Shown: positions 13,501 to 26,984, numbered from the stretch's first letter. The stretch: DNA of 64,000 bases from Eledone cirrhosa (GCA_964016885.1 OZ024742.1:249240001-249304000), one strand, 5' to 3'. Program-made: numbers and translations. The notes: generated by a model not told the origin, from the sequence alone.

Positions 13501-16306
13501 AGCTGCGGATAGGAATAGGAAGGAAAGGGAGCTAATAGATAGAGTAGAAGAGGCAATTAGAAGCGGCGACGTGGCCAGAGTGCTAGCGTCGAGAACGGCT
13601 TTGAGCCAGTTTTTCGACGCGAAGCACGAAGGCTGCGTTGTCCGAAGTAAAATACGTGCTCTAGGGAACGAGGGGACCAAAGCTGTTAGCTGGGCCCGCG
13701 TGACAGAGGCCAACAGTGGAACTAAATCCACCATCCGGTCTTTGCGAGACCTGGATGGACGGGCGATTCTTGAGCCTAAGCAGATGTGTGAGGCCTTTCA
13801 AAGGCACTTTGCCCGACTGTTCGGGAGGGACGGGGAGCCGGTTGGGAACGTGGACTTCGGTCCATACCTCGACGGCCTGCCGCGCCTCTCGGACAGGGAG
13901 GCGAAGTCCTGCGAGGAGCCGATTTCGGCCGCTGAGATAGAGGACGTGTTGAGCCAATGCGGCAAACGCAAATCCCCGGGTCTCGATGGTCTTCCTTACG
14001 AATTATATCTAGCTATGCCGGACTTGTTCCCCGATCTCCTCGAGGCGGTCTACTGCAACTGGCAACAGAACGGGAGAATTCCCTGTACTGTGACCAAGGG
14101 CGTAGTCACGCTAGTGAGGAAGGACGAGAACAAGGGGGACGAAATAAGTAACTTCAGGCCCATAACACTGCTAAATACAGAGTTACAGATTTTGGCCAAG
14201 GTGCTAGCAAAGAGGTTGGCGCTTGTCGTGGGCAACCTGGTGGGAGATGCGCAGACATGCGCTATCCCGTCCAGGTCCATCCATGACAACCTCCACCTCA
14301 TGCGATACATCATAGAGAGGGTTGGGAACGAACCCGGCTTTGGTGGGGCTCTGATCAACTTGGATCAATCTAAGGCGTTCGATAGGGTCGACCATGGTTA
14401 CCTGGATGCGGTGCTAGCGGCGGCAGGCTTCGGACCCGTTTTCAGGGGCTGGATCACTGCTATGCACAGCAGCCGCATCTGCTCTAGGGTCAAGGTGAAC
14501 GGCTACCTCTCGGAGCCGTTCCAAATCGCGCGGTCCATCCGACAAGGGTGCCCTCTCTCCTCCCTTCTGTATGTGTTGACTCTAGAGCCACTACTGCGGA
14601 AGTTGGAGTTGTTGCAGGGCATCCCTTTGGAACCGGGATTGCGGAAAGCGGTGTCGGCCTACGCCGATGACGTGACAGTAATGGTGTCGACGGCCTCCGA
14701 AATCGAGGCGGTCGGCACCTTACTGGAGGAGTACGAAAGGTTCACAGGGGCTAAGCTGAACCGGGACAAGTTGATCGGTTTGCAACTCGGCACGTGGAGG
14801 GGCAGACCGATGCCCTCCGATGGCGTCGTCGGACGCTGGACGGAGGGCCCGGTGAAGTTGCTCGGGGTCTGGTTCGGACCGGACCTCCAGGTGGAGAAAA
14901 ACTGGGCGGAGGTTACGAACAGGGTGTTTGCACTGACCCAGAAGTGGGCCAGTTGCAAACTATCCCTGAAAGGTCGGGCGGAGGTGGCGAACACCTACAT
15001 AGCGTCCGTCATCTACTACCGCCTGACCGTAGTGCCCTGCCCAAGGGAAACCCTCACCAAGATGGAGCGCGCGCTCTTCCAATTCCTTTGGAAGAGGCGG
15101 GCTCCTATGGTGAGGAGATCCATCTGCTGTCAACACCCTTCGAAAGGAGGGCTGGGGATGCCGTGGCTAATGATGCGTAAACACGCATTAAGGCTACGGC
15201 ACCTCTACGTATTCCTCACCGGACAACCGGTGTGGGCCTCGTTTGTGAGACGAACCTTTCCCAGACTCGTCTCACTCACCGAGCTGCAATCCTGGGTCAA
15301 GCAAAGACCGAGAAAACTGGGCGCCTGGCACACTGAGTGTGCCCAGGCGCTCACCGCCCTCTGGCAGGCGGATCCGGTTATCAGTGGAGACTCCACCGCA
15401 ACATTCTATAGAGGGCTGGTACGCAGCAGGTGCGACGACGCCCTCGGAGAAGCCCTAGACATGGAGGAGGACGAACTGGCCAGCCTGTTCGGTAGGACAT
15501 TCAGCCCGGGACCTATGGACAACTTCCAGAAGTCCCTGGCCTGGCAGTGCTACCGAGGGGCTTTACCCGTTCGAGAAAGGCTCTACAGACACGGGCGCCC
15601 GGGTAGGGACCCCGCCAAAAAGATCTGTCCCAGATGCGTGTGCGACGAGGAAACCGTTGCACACGCATTGGTACACTGCTCGGGCGTAGCCGATCTGTGG
15701 GGCTATGTCGAACAACTGCTGTCATGGGTGGGACCGATCCGGTTGACCACCGAGTCTATTGTAATGATCAAGCCGCCTCCCCCCTTCAAAGAGGAAGCAG
15801 AGGCGGTGTTTCTGTGCGTAATAGCCATGGCGAAAGAGGTTGTATGGTGGACGCGTCTGAAAGGACTGAGGTCAGGCACCTTTCTCTCTGGCCAACAACT
15901 GGTCCGTTTCTTCCGATATCATTTCGGAAGAAGGATCAGGATGGAGAGAGAGAGGTGCTGCACCCCAGCCGTTTCTATGAAAGATGGGTGAAAGTGGCGA
16001 GAATGGCCCGTGTGAATGGGCCTTCACTCTACATCAGACTATAGGTGAGGAAGATGAAAGACCAAGGGAGCACCCCTTCTCTGTGCTCCTGAGGAGAAGG
16101 GTTGCACACTTTTTTCGGGGGTGTGTGCGACCCCCCAAGGCGCCTCCTCTCTATTGAGGATTTTGTTAAAAATTTTATTTTTTGTTATATCTTATTTTAT
16201 TTTTATATTTTGTTATTGCCTCCTCCTTATTGAGGACGCCTTTTTGTGTAAACTCCCCCCTTTGTACTTGTCCCACTTTTGATGCCCTAGTGGCAAATAA
16301 AAGAAA
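13496..16306 (+). mobile_element. 5'-truncated Tx1-clade non-LTR retrotransposon
   Basis: GC-rich RT frame, 3'UTR, AATAAA at 16296, (CTAT)n on both flanks. Confidence 0.95.
13571..15991 (+). CDS. Tx1/L1-type ORF2, partial: reverse transcriptase + C-terminal zf-RVT-like motif
   Basis: KSPGLDG, FRPITLLN, DQSKAFDRVDH, QGCPLS, YADD, CPRC..ETVAHALVHC. The frame is open from the truncation point; a frameshift near the GA run at ~15945 moves the true C-terminus (…NGPSLYIRL, ends 16044) to another frame. Confidence 0.92.
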   Translation: MARVLASRTALSQFFDAKHEGCVVRSKIRALGNEGTKAVSWARVTEANSGTKSTIRSLRDLDGRAILEPKQMCEAFQRHFARLFGRDGEPVGNVDFGPYLDGLPRLSDREAKSCEEPISAAEIEDVLSQCGKRKSPGLDGLPYELYLAMPDLFPDLLEAVYCNWQQNGRIPCTVTKGVVTLVRKDENKGDEISNFRPITLLNTELQILAKVLAKRLALVVGNLVGDAQTCAIPSRSIHDNLHLMRYIIERVGNEPGFGGALINLDQSKAFDRVDHGYLDAVLAAAGFGPVFRGWITAMHSSRICSRVKVNGYLSEPFQIARSIRQGCPLSSLLYVLTLEPLLRKLELLQGIPLEPGLRKAVSAYADDVTVMVSTASEIEAVGTLLEEYERFTGAKLNRDKLIGLQLGTWRGRPMPSDGVVGRWTEGPVKLLGVWFGPDLQVEKNWAEVTNRVFALTQKWASCKLSLKGRAEVANTYIASVIYYRLTVVPCPRETLTKMERALFQFLWKRRAPMVRRSICCQHPSKGGLGMPWLMMRKHALRLRHLYVFLTGQPVWASFVRRTFPRLVSLTELQSWVKQRPRKLGAWHTECAQALTALWQADPVISGDSTATFYRGLVRSRCDDALGEALDMEEDELASLFGRTFSPGPMDNFQKSLAWQCYRGALPVRERLYRHGRPGRDPAKKICPRCVCDEETVAHALVHCSGVADLWGYVEQLLSWVGPIRLTTESIVMIKPPPPFKEEAEAVFLCVIAMAKEVVWWTRLKGLRSGTFLSGQQLVRFFRYHFGRRIRMERERCCTPAVSMKDG

Positions 16307-16320
16307 TATATCTATCTATC

Positions 16321-16395
<75 letters not shown>

Positions 16396-16426
16396 ATCTC
16401 TCTCTCTCTCTCAATATATTCTATAT

Positions 16427-16612
16427 GGAGATGAGGGTTGCACATTTTTTTCGGGGGTCTGTGTTACCCATATAAACTGTCTCCCTCTATTGGGGAAAAT
16501 CGACTAACTTTTAAATTCCATCTGTGATAACATTTTACACGTTTTTATTGTATGTAAACTTCCCCCTTTATATTTGTCCCCTTCTTTTGTGCCCCTGTGG
16601 CTAATAAAGAAA
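16427..16612 (+). mobile_element. Tx1 LINE 3'UTR fragment A' with target-site duplication
   Basis: Near-identical to 12956-13135; a 32-bp flank is duplicated at 16395-16426 and 16670-16701. Confidence 0.85.
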
Positions 16613-16614
16613 TA

Positions 16615-16670
<56 letters not shown>

Positions 16671-16957
16671 ATCTCTCTCTCTCTCTCAATATATTCTATA
16701 TAGAATAGAAAACGAAAAATCAGAGAATATGCTCCGAAATCATAAGACGTGTCCGTCGAACCTGCGGGTCCAGAATCAGACAGATCCACACAATGATCGC
16801 GTCTCGAGCTGTCCGCCGGGGAAACATTTGTAACACAATAAATTGAGTTCAGATGCATCACTGAGTTTTCGTTTTCTATTCTATCATACTCTGCTCTGTA
16901 AGAGCATAGAGTGCTCAACCGGCATACCGCCTATGGAAGCATCTTAGCTACCATCAG

Positions 16958-17070
<113 letters not shown>

Positions 17071-17177
17071 TTTCGTATCTCCAAAGAAATACGGTTTTTA
17101 GGAAGCCGTAGCTATGAAAAGACCGGGGGGGGGGGGCTAACGCCCTCTGGTGATGTCCAGCAGAAGCAAGGGTGACA

Positions 17178-17222
17178 ACCGTCTAAGCATTTCTAGCTTA
17201 ACTGGCCTTCGTTTAGGGCGGT
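17178..17222 (-). ncRNA. Degenerate minimal hammerhead (inverted copy)
   Basis: Reverse complement: accgcc-ctaaacga-aggccagttaagcta-GAAA-tgct-TA-gacggt; the core is mutated. Confidence 0.55.
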
Positions 17223-17644
17223 CCCTCCCACCCACCGCTTGCGACTGATGGATTAGAAGACAGACGAGAATATATATAGTTTTCTCGTCTGTGTAAATGA
17301 GGTGATTAATCTCATTTGCATATGAAGCTGCATTTAAAAAGAAATAGGTCTCGCTTCAAGCATAGCTTTATACAATATGTATAAATATTTCGTATCTCCA
17401 AAGAAATACGGTTTTAGGAAGCCGTAGCTATGAAAACACCGGGGGGTAAACAACGAAATATTTATAGATATTGTATAAAGCTATGCTTGAAGCGAAACCT
17501 ATTTCTTTTTAATTATAAGTTGAGCCGACTTATACAACTTCATATGCAAATGAGATTAATCACCTCATTTACACAGACGAGAAAACTATATATATATTCT
17601 CGCCTGTCTTCTAGTCCAGCAGTCGCAAGCGGTGGGTGGGAGGG

Positions 17645-17688
17645 ACCGTCCTGACGAAGGCCAGTTAAGCCTGAAATGCACACACGGT
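17645..17688 (+). ncRNA. Minimal type-I hammerhead ribozyme (cleavage region mutated)
   Basis: accgtc-CTGACGA-aggc cagttaa gcct-GAAA-tgca-ca-cacggt. Combining both copies gives GAAATGCATAGACGGT with a palindromic stem III. Confidence 0.7.
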
Positions 17689-17839
17689 TGTCCCCCTTGC
17701 TTCTGCTGGACATTACCAGAGGGCGTTAGCCCCCCCCCCCAGTTTTTTGCATAGCTACGGCTTCCTAAAACCGTATTTCTTTGGAGATACTAAATATTTA
17801 TACATATTGTATAAAGCTATGCTTGTAGCGAAACCTATT

Positions 17840-17983
<144 letters not shown>

Positions 17984-18079
17984 GTAGGAGGTGAGTTTTA
18001 TTTTAGTACAATAAAGCAATGCAGATATCGGATAAGAAGCACTCTACAGTTTGTAGGACTGGAGTATACATAATATATA

Positions 18080-19153
<1,074 letters not shown>

Positions 19154-19452
19154 TATATATATAAAGATAAAAATGAGGAAGTTTCGTTTACATATAAAAT
19201 ATATTTATTGTGTATCAACGTTTTTTTATGCACGTTCCGCAGAGATTCGCTGTGCATAGAGTGCTTGCTTTGGTAACAACAGAAATTCACCGAGCCACCC
19301 ACTCTCTCTATATATATGTATACTCTTCTACCTGTACCAGCCATCCGGCTGAGGCCATGCTGGGGTACCGCCCTTGTTGCTACACATTCCATTTCCAGCC
19401 TGTGTTGGCTGGCCATTGCTGTAAGAGGGAGTTCATTGCTGCTGCCCTTAGG

Positions 19453-19493
<41 letters not shown>

Positions 19494-19494
19494 T

Positions 19495-19525
<31 letters not shown>

Positions 19526-19566
19526 AAGAGAGGCAGAGTGAGATAGATGGATAGATAGATGGATAG

Positions 19567-19597
<31 letters not shown>

Positions 19598-19779
19598 AAG
19601 ATAGAGAGCGAGAGAGATCTATTGAGCTATCTCTCTAGTTATCTCTTTCCCTTTGCATATATCTATCTATCTATCTCTCTCTCTCTATATATATATGTGT
19701 GTCTTAGTTTGTTTGTTTGTGTGTGTATGTATGTGTTTATGTGCTGATTCTAAGAAATAAATGATTATTATAAGTGTAT

Positions 19780-20165
19780 GGAGGAGCAGTAACGGTAGAG
19801 CGTCGGACACCTTGCTTCATGGCATAGAGTTATGGCCCTTTTACCTTCTGAGTTCAAATCCCGCCGAGGTTAGCTTTGCCTTTCATCCTTACGGGGTTGA
19901 TGAAATGAATCATAAGTAATACACTGGAGTCAATTTAATCGACTTCCCCTTCCCACAAAACTGCTGACTTGTGCCTAAATCCATTATTGTGAATTGGCAG
20001 TATCGGTAGAGAGTTGGATTATGCTTTCCAGCATAGTTACGTCCCTTTACGATCTGAGTTCAATTCCCGCCGAGGTTAACTTTGCCTCGATAAAATAAAG
20101 TACCAGTAATGTACTGGAATAATTGCTGGCCTTGTGCCAAAAAGTAGAAACAATTATTATTATTA
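19780..20165 (+). mobile_element. Two tandem tRNA-derived SINEs
   Basis: B-box gagttcaa(a/t)tccc and the shared core at 19850-19910 and 20056-20110; (ATT)n tail. Confidence 0.8.
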
Positions 20166-20204
20166 TGAGTTTTACAGCTTACCACAACCAACTTAATGTT
20201 ATTT

Positions 20205-21085
20205 TAAGGAATGCCGGACCACAAATAATAGCCGAGAGTAAAACTAAAACCCAAAACGTCGGTGGGCTGCGGCTCGGCACTTGTAAAAGCCATCCATGCC
20301 ATCCAACAGCGTCGTCGCGCCCTGGACGGACGACCGGTAAAGTTGCTCGGGATTTGGTTCGGACCAGACCTCCAGCTAAATAGGATTTGGGATGAGGTTA
20401 CGATCAGGGTGGCCACTTTCACTTAGAAATGAGCTGAGAGGAAGCTGTCCCTGAAAGGTCTGGTGGAGGTGGCAAACGCGTACATCGCGTCCGTCATCTA
20501 CTACCGCCTGGCCGTCGTGACTTGTCCCGGTTCACGCCTCGCCGAATTGGAGCGGCTCCTCTCTAACTTCTTGTGAAGGGGACAGGTTCCTTTAGTGAGG
20601 CGGTAGATCTGCTGCCAGCACCCTCTGCGTGGAGGGCTGGGCATGCCATGCTTAATGATACGTAACCATGCGCTGAAGCTGCAGCAGCTCCAGACATTCT
20701 GCCTAAACGGTGAACAGGTGTGGTCGCTGTTTGTGAGACAGGCCTTTACGTAGCCCATCTCTTTGACTGAGCTGCAGTTCTGAGACAAGAAGAGCCCGTG
20801 ACAGGATGCCTAACGTCTAGAATGTTGCCATGAACTCACTGCTCTCTGCCAGGCGGGAAATACAGTCAATGACTCTTCCGTTCTTGTGTTCTATAGCGTA
20901 TTAGCGTATTAGAGGTGGACAAGTGCGACGACACATTCGGAGATGCTCTGGGCGTCGACCAAGTCGAACTGGCCAATCTGTTCTAGAGGAGCTTCGAGCC
21001 AGGGAGGATGTATAATTTCCAGAAATCCCTCGTTTGGGAGTGCTACCAGGAGGCACTGCCGGTTCGAGATAAACTCTAGAGGCAC
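20205..21085 (+). pseudogene. Decayed internal Tx1 ORF2 fragment
   Basis: Collinear with 14760-15590 (LSLKG..EVANAYIASVIYYRL, CCQHPLRGGLGMP); many stops. Confidence 0.9.
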
Positions 21086-21096
21086 AGATTGGCAGT

Positions 21097-21274
21097 GGAT
21101 TGGCAATATCGGTAGAGAGTCGGACGCCATGCTTTCCAGCATAATTATTTCCCTTTACGGTCTGAGTTCAAATCCCGCCGAGGTTAACTTTGCCTTTCAT
21201 CCTTAAGGGGTCGATAAAATAAAGTACCAGTAATGCACTGGTTAATTGCTGGCCTTGTGCCAAAAGTAGAAACA

Positions 21275-21310
<36 letters not shown>
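21097..21310 (+). mobile_element. tRNA-derived SINE with (ATT)n tail
   Basis: Same family as 5832; tail at 21276-21310. Confidence 0.85.
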
Positions 21311-21625
21311 GTTCTTTGAGTCTCAGTCATTGATGTTAGTTAACTGGAAAGTTTGTTGAAATGAATATCAAGCCACTACCTGCAGCCTCAGATATTCAGG
21401 ACGTATCGGAGGGTTCTTGCTGTTCCCAGCAAGCAAGCCTTTTGAAGTGTTCCAAAAAGCGGGGCGGGACCAATTTTCTTTAACCATCTTTGGAAACTCT
21501 TTGACATAGTACCTAGTGCGCCTAAGACAATCGGGACCACTTTGACTTCATGGCAGTTCCAAATTCTTTTAACCTCCCACTCTAAGTCTTGGTATCGGTT
21601 AATACGAAAACCCATTTCATTCGTC
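21311..21625 (-). mobile_element. R4/Dong-like LINE 3' end (restriction-like endonuclease C-terminus)
   Basis: RYQDLEWEVKRIWNCHEVKVVPIVLGALG...LQKACLLGTARTLRYVLNI*, short UTR, then (TAA)n on the minus strand. Confidence 0.85.
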
Positions 21626-21632
21626 TGACCTC

Positions 21633-23580
21633 ATGAATATTAGCAGTAGCAGCCGTAATTACAGCAGCAGCAGCAGCAACAGTGGCAAGGAAAACAACAG
21701 TAGCAGCCGAAACAGCATCAGCAGCAACAGTGACAAGGAAAACAACAGTAGCAGCCGAAACAGCATCAGCAGCAGCATAAACAACAACAGCATTAGCAGC
21801 AACAGCAACAACAACAGCAGCAGCAGAAACAACAACAACAAGCACAGCAACAGCGGCGGCGGCAGTAGTCGTAGTACCTGCAGCAACAACAAAAGTAACA
21901 GCAGCTCTGACGACAACAACAACAACAGAAGCAAAGAAAAACCAATCTCGTTTGCAGGTATCGCAAAGAACCTGGAAAACATCCTCATAATAAATGAGGA
22001 ATTACAGGAAGCGAAGAAGATGGTGACGAAAACCGGACACCGAGCAATCTGCAAGGCAGCCGAAAATTTTTTCGAAACCCAGCAGCACTGTACGGACACG
22101 TACCGTACAGTAAGCACAAAATCCCGTAGGGTTGAAAGAGCCACAGAGGCTCAAATACAAAAAGCCTTAGGGTCTGTGTGGCAGCGGAAAACGCATATCA
22201 CCCGAGGCAAGAAATATGCCACTGTAGACGTGCTTTTTGCCACACCCCAGGAGGCAAAGGCTCAATCCTTAGTGATCCTAAGGAGCGAGGAAATGGTGTT
22301 GGTGCCCTCCTACTGCGGGCAAAAAATTGTTAGGGTCAAACTTAACCACGCCCCCCCCCCCCCCCCCTCCCCCGGGATAGCCCCTTCTTGGCTGGCCGCG
22401 TCTGTCCTCGTCGGAATCGAGGACAAAACAACTGTACTGCAAGTACAGAAAAAAGTAAGAGAAGATTGGGTCGGCACCTCCATTGAGATGTTAATCCAAA
22501 CCAACCAGGAGTGCATCGAATCTATCCTGGATGTGATAGATTCGATAACGGCACTCAACTGCCCATAAGTGTTGAGGGCAAATTCCGAAATGCTTTTGCT
22601 GTGGATCGAAGACTCACCTCAGGGCCTTCTGCAACGAGAAGACCCTGAGAAAGGAGAAAACCCCCCTCTTTCCGAAACCGGCTCCACGGCTACCAGCAAC
22701 AGGACAAGCGGCAACCAGGAACGATAGGTCCGTGGCACCCATACCCACGCCACGGAAATCAAGAACAGCAGCAGCAGTGGAAGTATTAACAACAACAACA
22801 GTAATACCAAATGCAGCTGCAACAGAGACTCCACTGCAACATCACCAACAACAACAAGTGAAAGAGTGGAGCTGGTACCCCTCCCCGAACTCACAGAATC
22901 AGACATGGAGTGTGAGGTGGGAGAGGGATGGCAAAAGTCGTAAGAAGGCACAAACGCAGAAGCAGAGCATCGCCGCCTTCGAAAAGGGAGGAAAGAAATG
23001 AAAAAAGGGTAAAGGCTACTGCAAAGAGACTCACAGCAGCAACACCACCAACATCATCACCACCCACACTAGCACCACCATCACCACCGGCGACAACCCC
23101 ACCGCCAACAACAACAACACCTTCAACACCACCACCACAAGCACCAACATCGCAAACACAACAACAAAACACACACACCCAGCAACAACGACAAGAAAAT
23201 AGCAGAACCACACCCCACCTCCAGAAAAACAAATGCACGGCAATAAATACACACAACAAGAAACTAATGACTTACATAATTGAACACACAGACATTTCAC
23301 AGCACGACTACATAATACCAGCACCAATCAAAACGCCAACGAACATAAACTGGTAAAAATAGCACAGAAACAATACACAAACATTAAAACGAAATTCCCC
23401 AACGCAGTTGTGGATTTCAGAGACCTAGGAGGGACTCTCAACCGGAGAGTATATTCGGACATACTCATAGAAGAACCGACGACCAGCCGAAGGGACGATT
23501 CAACGGTCCCTTCACCAGACGATCAAGTGAAAAGGGATGGAGAAACCATCCTTCCTCTACGAAAAGTACGGTAAGTGGGC
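21633..23580 (+). pseudogene. Tx1 ORF1 (gag-like), frameshifted
   Basis: Low-complexity N-terminus, RRM-like segment (VDVLFATPQEA...VRVKL), zinc knuckle CFCCGSKTHLRAFC at 22591-22632, Thr/Pro-rich tail. Confidence 0.7.
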
Positions 23581-23609
23581 TTTCCCATCTTTTCCACTCC
23601 ATTTTAAAT

Positions 23610-26600
23610 ATGACCTCACTCAGAATAGGCAGCATAAATGCGCGTGGCTTGGGGTCGTCATGGAAGCAGGGTCACCTGCTCAACGACCTCAGGTCACTAA
23701 ACATAGATGTAGTGGCCATCAGTGAGACCAGAATCTCCGAAGCACCGATCTTTGGCGGCTACGATGTGTACGCATCTTCCAGCCGTCCTGGATTGGGGGG
23801 AGGAGTTTCTGTGCTTTTTCGGAGAGGTTTGGATCTCGCCATACGGGCCATCTTCCTAGACCCAGAGGATAAGTTGGTGGTGCTGGACGTGACCAGCGGA
23901 GACGGGCAAGATTTCAGGCTAGTGGCGGTCTATGCCCCGACAGGAGCAAGGCGGCCTGATTTCTTCAGGCGTCTGGAGACCTTTCTTGGAACGTCCCGCT
24001 CTTTAGTGTTAGTGGGCGACTGGAACGGGATCTTGGATGCACGCTGGGACTGTGTGGGTATTAGCGGATAGAGGTGAAGGGTGCAAGAGCCTCACCAACC
24101 TGCTCAGGCGTTTTGAACTGTCTGACAGGTACCGATTGGATTTCCCGAATGTGCCAATGTGGACTTGGACAAATCGCATAGGGTCATCCAGATCATATCT
24201 AGATAGAGTGTTTTGTAGGGAAATAGATAGGTCTAGCATAGGCTGTCCACAATTCAAGATAGTCAGCTACACGGACCACAAATTCGTGATCTGTGTGCTT
24301 GACTTAGGTAGGCTTCATAGACGAGGACCCGGCTACTTGAAGCTAAACGCGTCCTTACCAGCGTGCAAGGGCTACAGAGACCGGATTAGCGAACTAGTTA
24401 AGCGGGCGTTGACGGGGGCCATCGTCAACAACAAGTGGTGGTTTGCTCTGAAAAGAGCGATTAGAAGAGAATCGATTAGGTTTGGTAAGCCTTTAGCAAT
24501 AGAGAAAAAAAGAGCAGAGGGAGAATTAGTTAGAAAATTAGACGAGGCGCTTAGCAAAGGTTTTGCGACCGACGTGCTTGCGGCGAAATTGGCCCTTGAC
24601 CAATTCTTTAATGCAAAGCACGAAGGCTGCGTTGTCAGAGCTAGGGTGCGTGCTCTCAGACACGAGGGGACGAAAGCCGTTTAATGGGCCCGAGTGGCGG
24701 AGGCGCGTCGTGGCAACAACGCCACGATCCGGTCTTTGGTGGACCACGACGGGCACATGCTACACGATCCCGCGAAAATGTGTGAAGCTTTTCAGCGACA
24801 CTTCGCTCAGCTGTTCGGGGGTAGCGGTGGGCCGGGTCGAGGGATGGACTTTAGTGTCTACCTCGACGGACTGCCGCGGCTCTCGGCCACTGAGGCGGAG
24901 TGTTGCGAAAAGCCGATAACAGCCGCTGAAGTAAGGGAGGCAATGACTGGCTGCACAAGGGGTAAATCGCCTGGTTTGGATGGTCTGCCCTATGAACTTT
25001 ACGTACAGGTGCCAGATTTGTTCGGAGGCCTCTTGGCGGACGTCTACTGCAACTGGCAACAGAACGGGAGAATTCCCAGTTCTGTGAGCCGAGGAGCGGT
25101 GGCACTGCTGAGAAAGGGTCCGAACAAGGGGGATAACATAGATAATTTCCGGCCTATAACTCTGCTAAACACAGAGTTCAAGATTTTGGCCAAGGTGCTA
25201 GCAAAGAGGTTGGCGCTTGTCGTTGGTGGTCTGGTGGGAGAGGCGCAGACATGCGCCATTCCCGACAGATCTATCCACGACAACCTCCACCTCATGCGAT
25301 ACATCGTAGAGAGAGTAGCTAGGGAACCTGGCACGGGTGGGTCCTTGATCAATTTAGATCAGTCGAAAGCCTTCGATAGGGTCGACCATCGTTACCTAGC
25401 GGCAGTCCTGAGGGCGGCTGGCTTTGGGCCCGACTTCAGAGGTTGGATCGCTGCCATGCACAGCGACATCTGCTCTGTGGTGAGAGTGAACGGTCACCTT
25501 TCGGAACCGTTCAACATCATGCGCTCGGTCCGCCAAGGATGTCCCCTCTCGTCCCTCTTGTACGTATTGACTCTCGAGCCATTACTGCACAAACTGGAGA
25601 CGTTGAGGGGGGTCCCCCGCGAACTAGGATGCGGAAGATCCGTGTAAGACGATGTCACCGTAGTGGTGTCGAACGCCAAACACATCGGCGATCGGCACTA
25701 CACTAAGAGAATACGAAGCGGTGACAGGAGCAATGATCAACCAGGAAAAGTCAGTGGGCCTGCAGCTCGGCACCTGGAGAGGCAGGTCCATGCCGTCCAA
25801 CAGTGTCGTCGGACGCTGGACGGACGGACCGGTTAAATTGCTAGGGTCTGGTTCGGTCCGGACCTCCAAACGGTCAAAAACTGGGACGAGGTGACGAGCA
25901 GGATGGCTTCTCTCACCCAGAAATGGGCGGAGAGGAAGATATCCCTGAAAGGTCGAGCGGAAGTGGCTAACGCCTGACCGTCGTACCTTGTCCTAAGCCC
26001 CGCCTGACTGCCCTGGAGCGTTTGTTCTTTCGCTTTTTGTGGAAGGGATGCGCTCCGATGGTCAGGCGGTCCATCTGCTGTCAACACCCGCTACGTGGAG
26101 GGCTGGGAATGCCGTGGCTGATGATGCGCAGACACGCGCTCAGGCTACGACATCACCACCTCTTCCGCGACGGTGATCAGGTCTGGTCGCCGTTTGCTAG
26201 ACATGTATTTCCCCAGCTCGTTTCCTTAACGGAGCTGCTGTCCTGGGTCAAGCGAAGACCGAGAGGGAGCGCCTGGAGACTGGAATGTCTTCAGTCGCTC
26301 ACAGCCCTCGACCAATCGGGCAATGTGATCGGTGGAAACTCCACCTCGGCGTTCTATAGAGGATTAGTGGAGGGGAAGAGCGACGACGTACTTGGGGAAA
26401 CTCTAGGCGTCGACGAAAATGAACTAGCCAATCTCTTCGGAAGAACTTTCGGGCCGGGACCTATGGACAATTTGCAGAAATCTCTGGCCTGGCAGTGCTA
26501 CCGAGGAGCCTTGCCAGTTCGGGATAAACTCTACAGGCATGGAGGTGCCGTCAACCGGGCATGTCCGAGATGCGCGCAGGGTGACGAAACCGTCCTGCAT

Positions 26601-26984
26601 GCGCTCGTACAGTGTCCGAAAATTGCTGACTTGTGGGTTTATGTCGAACACATGCTGTCGCGTGTAGGACGGATCCAGCTATCAGCTGAGTCCATCGTGA
26701 GGATTGCCCCGCCCTCTTCCTTTAGCCGGGAAGGGCAGGTAGTTTTTATCTGTCTGGTGGCCATGGCGAAAGAGATAGTATGGTGGACACGTTTGAAAGG
26801 GCTGAAGACGAGCACTTACCTCTTCGGTGATGCCCTGATTAGATTAACGTTTTTAAAATTTCATTTGAAAAGGAAAATCAGGCTAGAGAGGGAAGTGCTC
26901 TCTTCCCAGAATTTTGTTGAAAGATGTGTGAGAGAGGCAAGAATGGCCCGAGTGAATGGGCCTACTCTGGTTATGTGTCTGTAA
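23610..26984 (+). pseudogene. Tx1 ORF2 (APE endonuclease-RT-zf), disrupted
   Basis: MTSLRIGSINARGL, ISETR, VYAP, VGDWN, YLDRVF, YTDHK, QGCPLS. Stop at 24682, YADD region damaged at ~25645, several frameshifts. Confidence 0.95.

Noticed and set aside
21659-23327. Antisense Leu/Val-rich ORFs over Tx1 ORF1
   Set aside because: Shadow frames of AAC/AGC/ACC-rich sequence.
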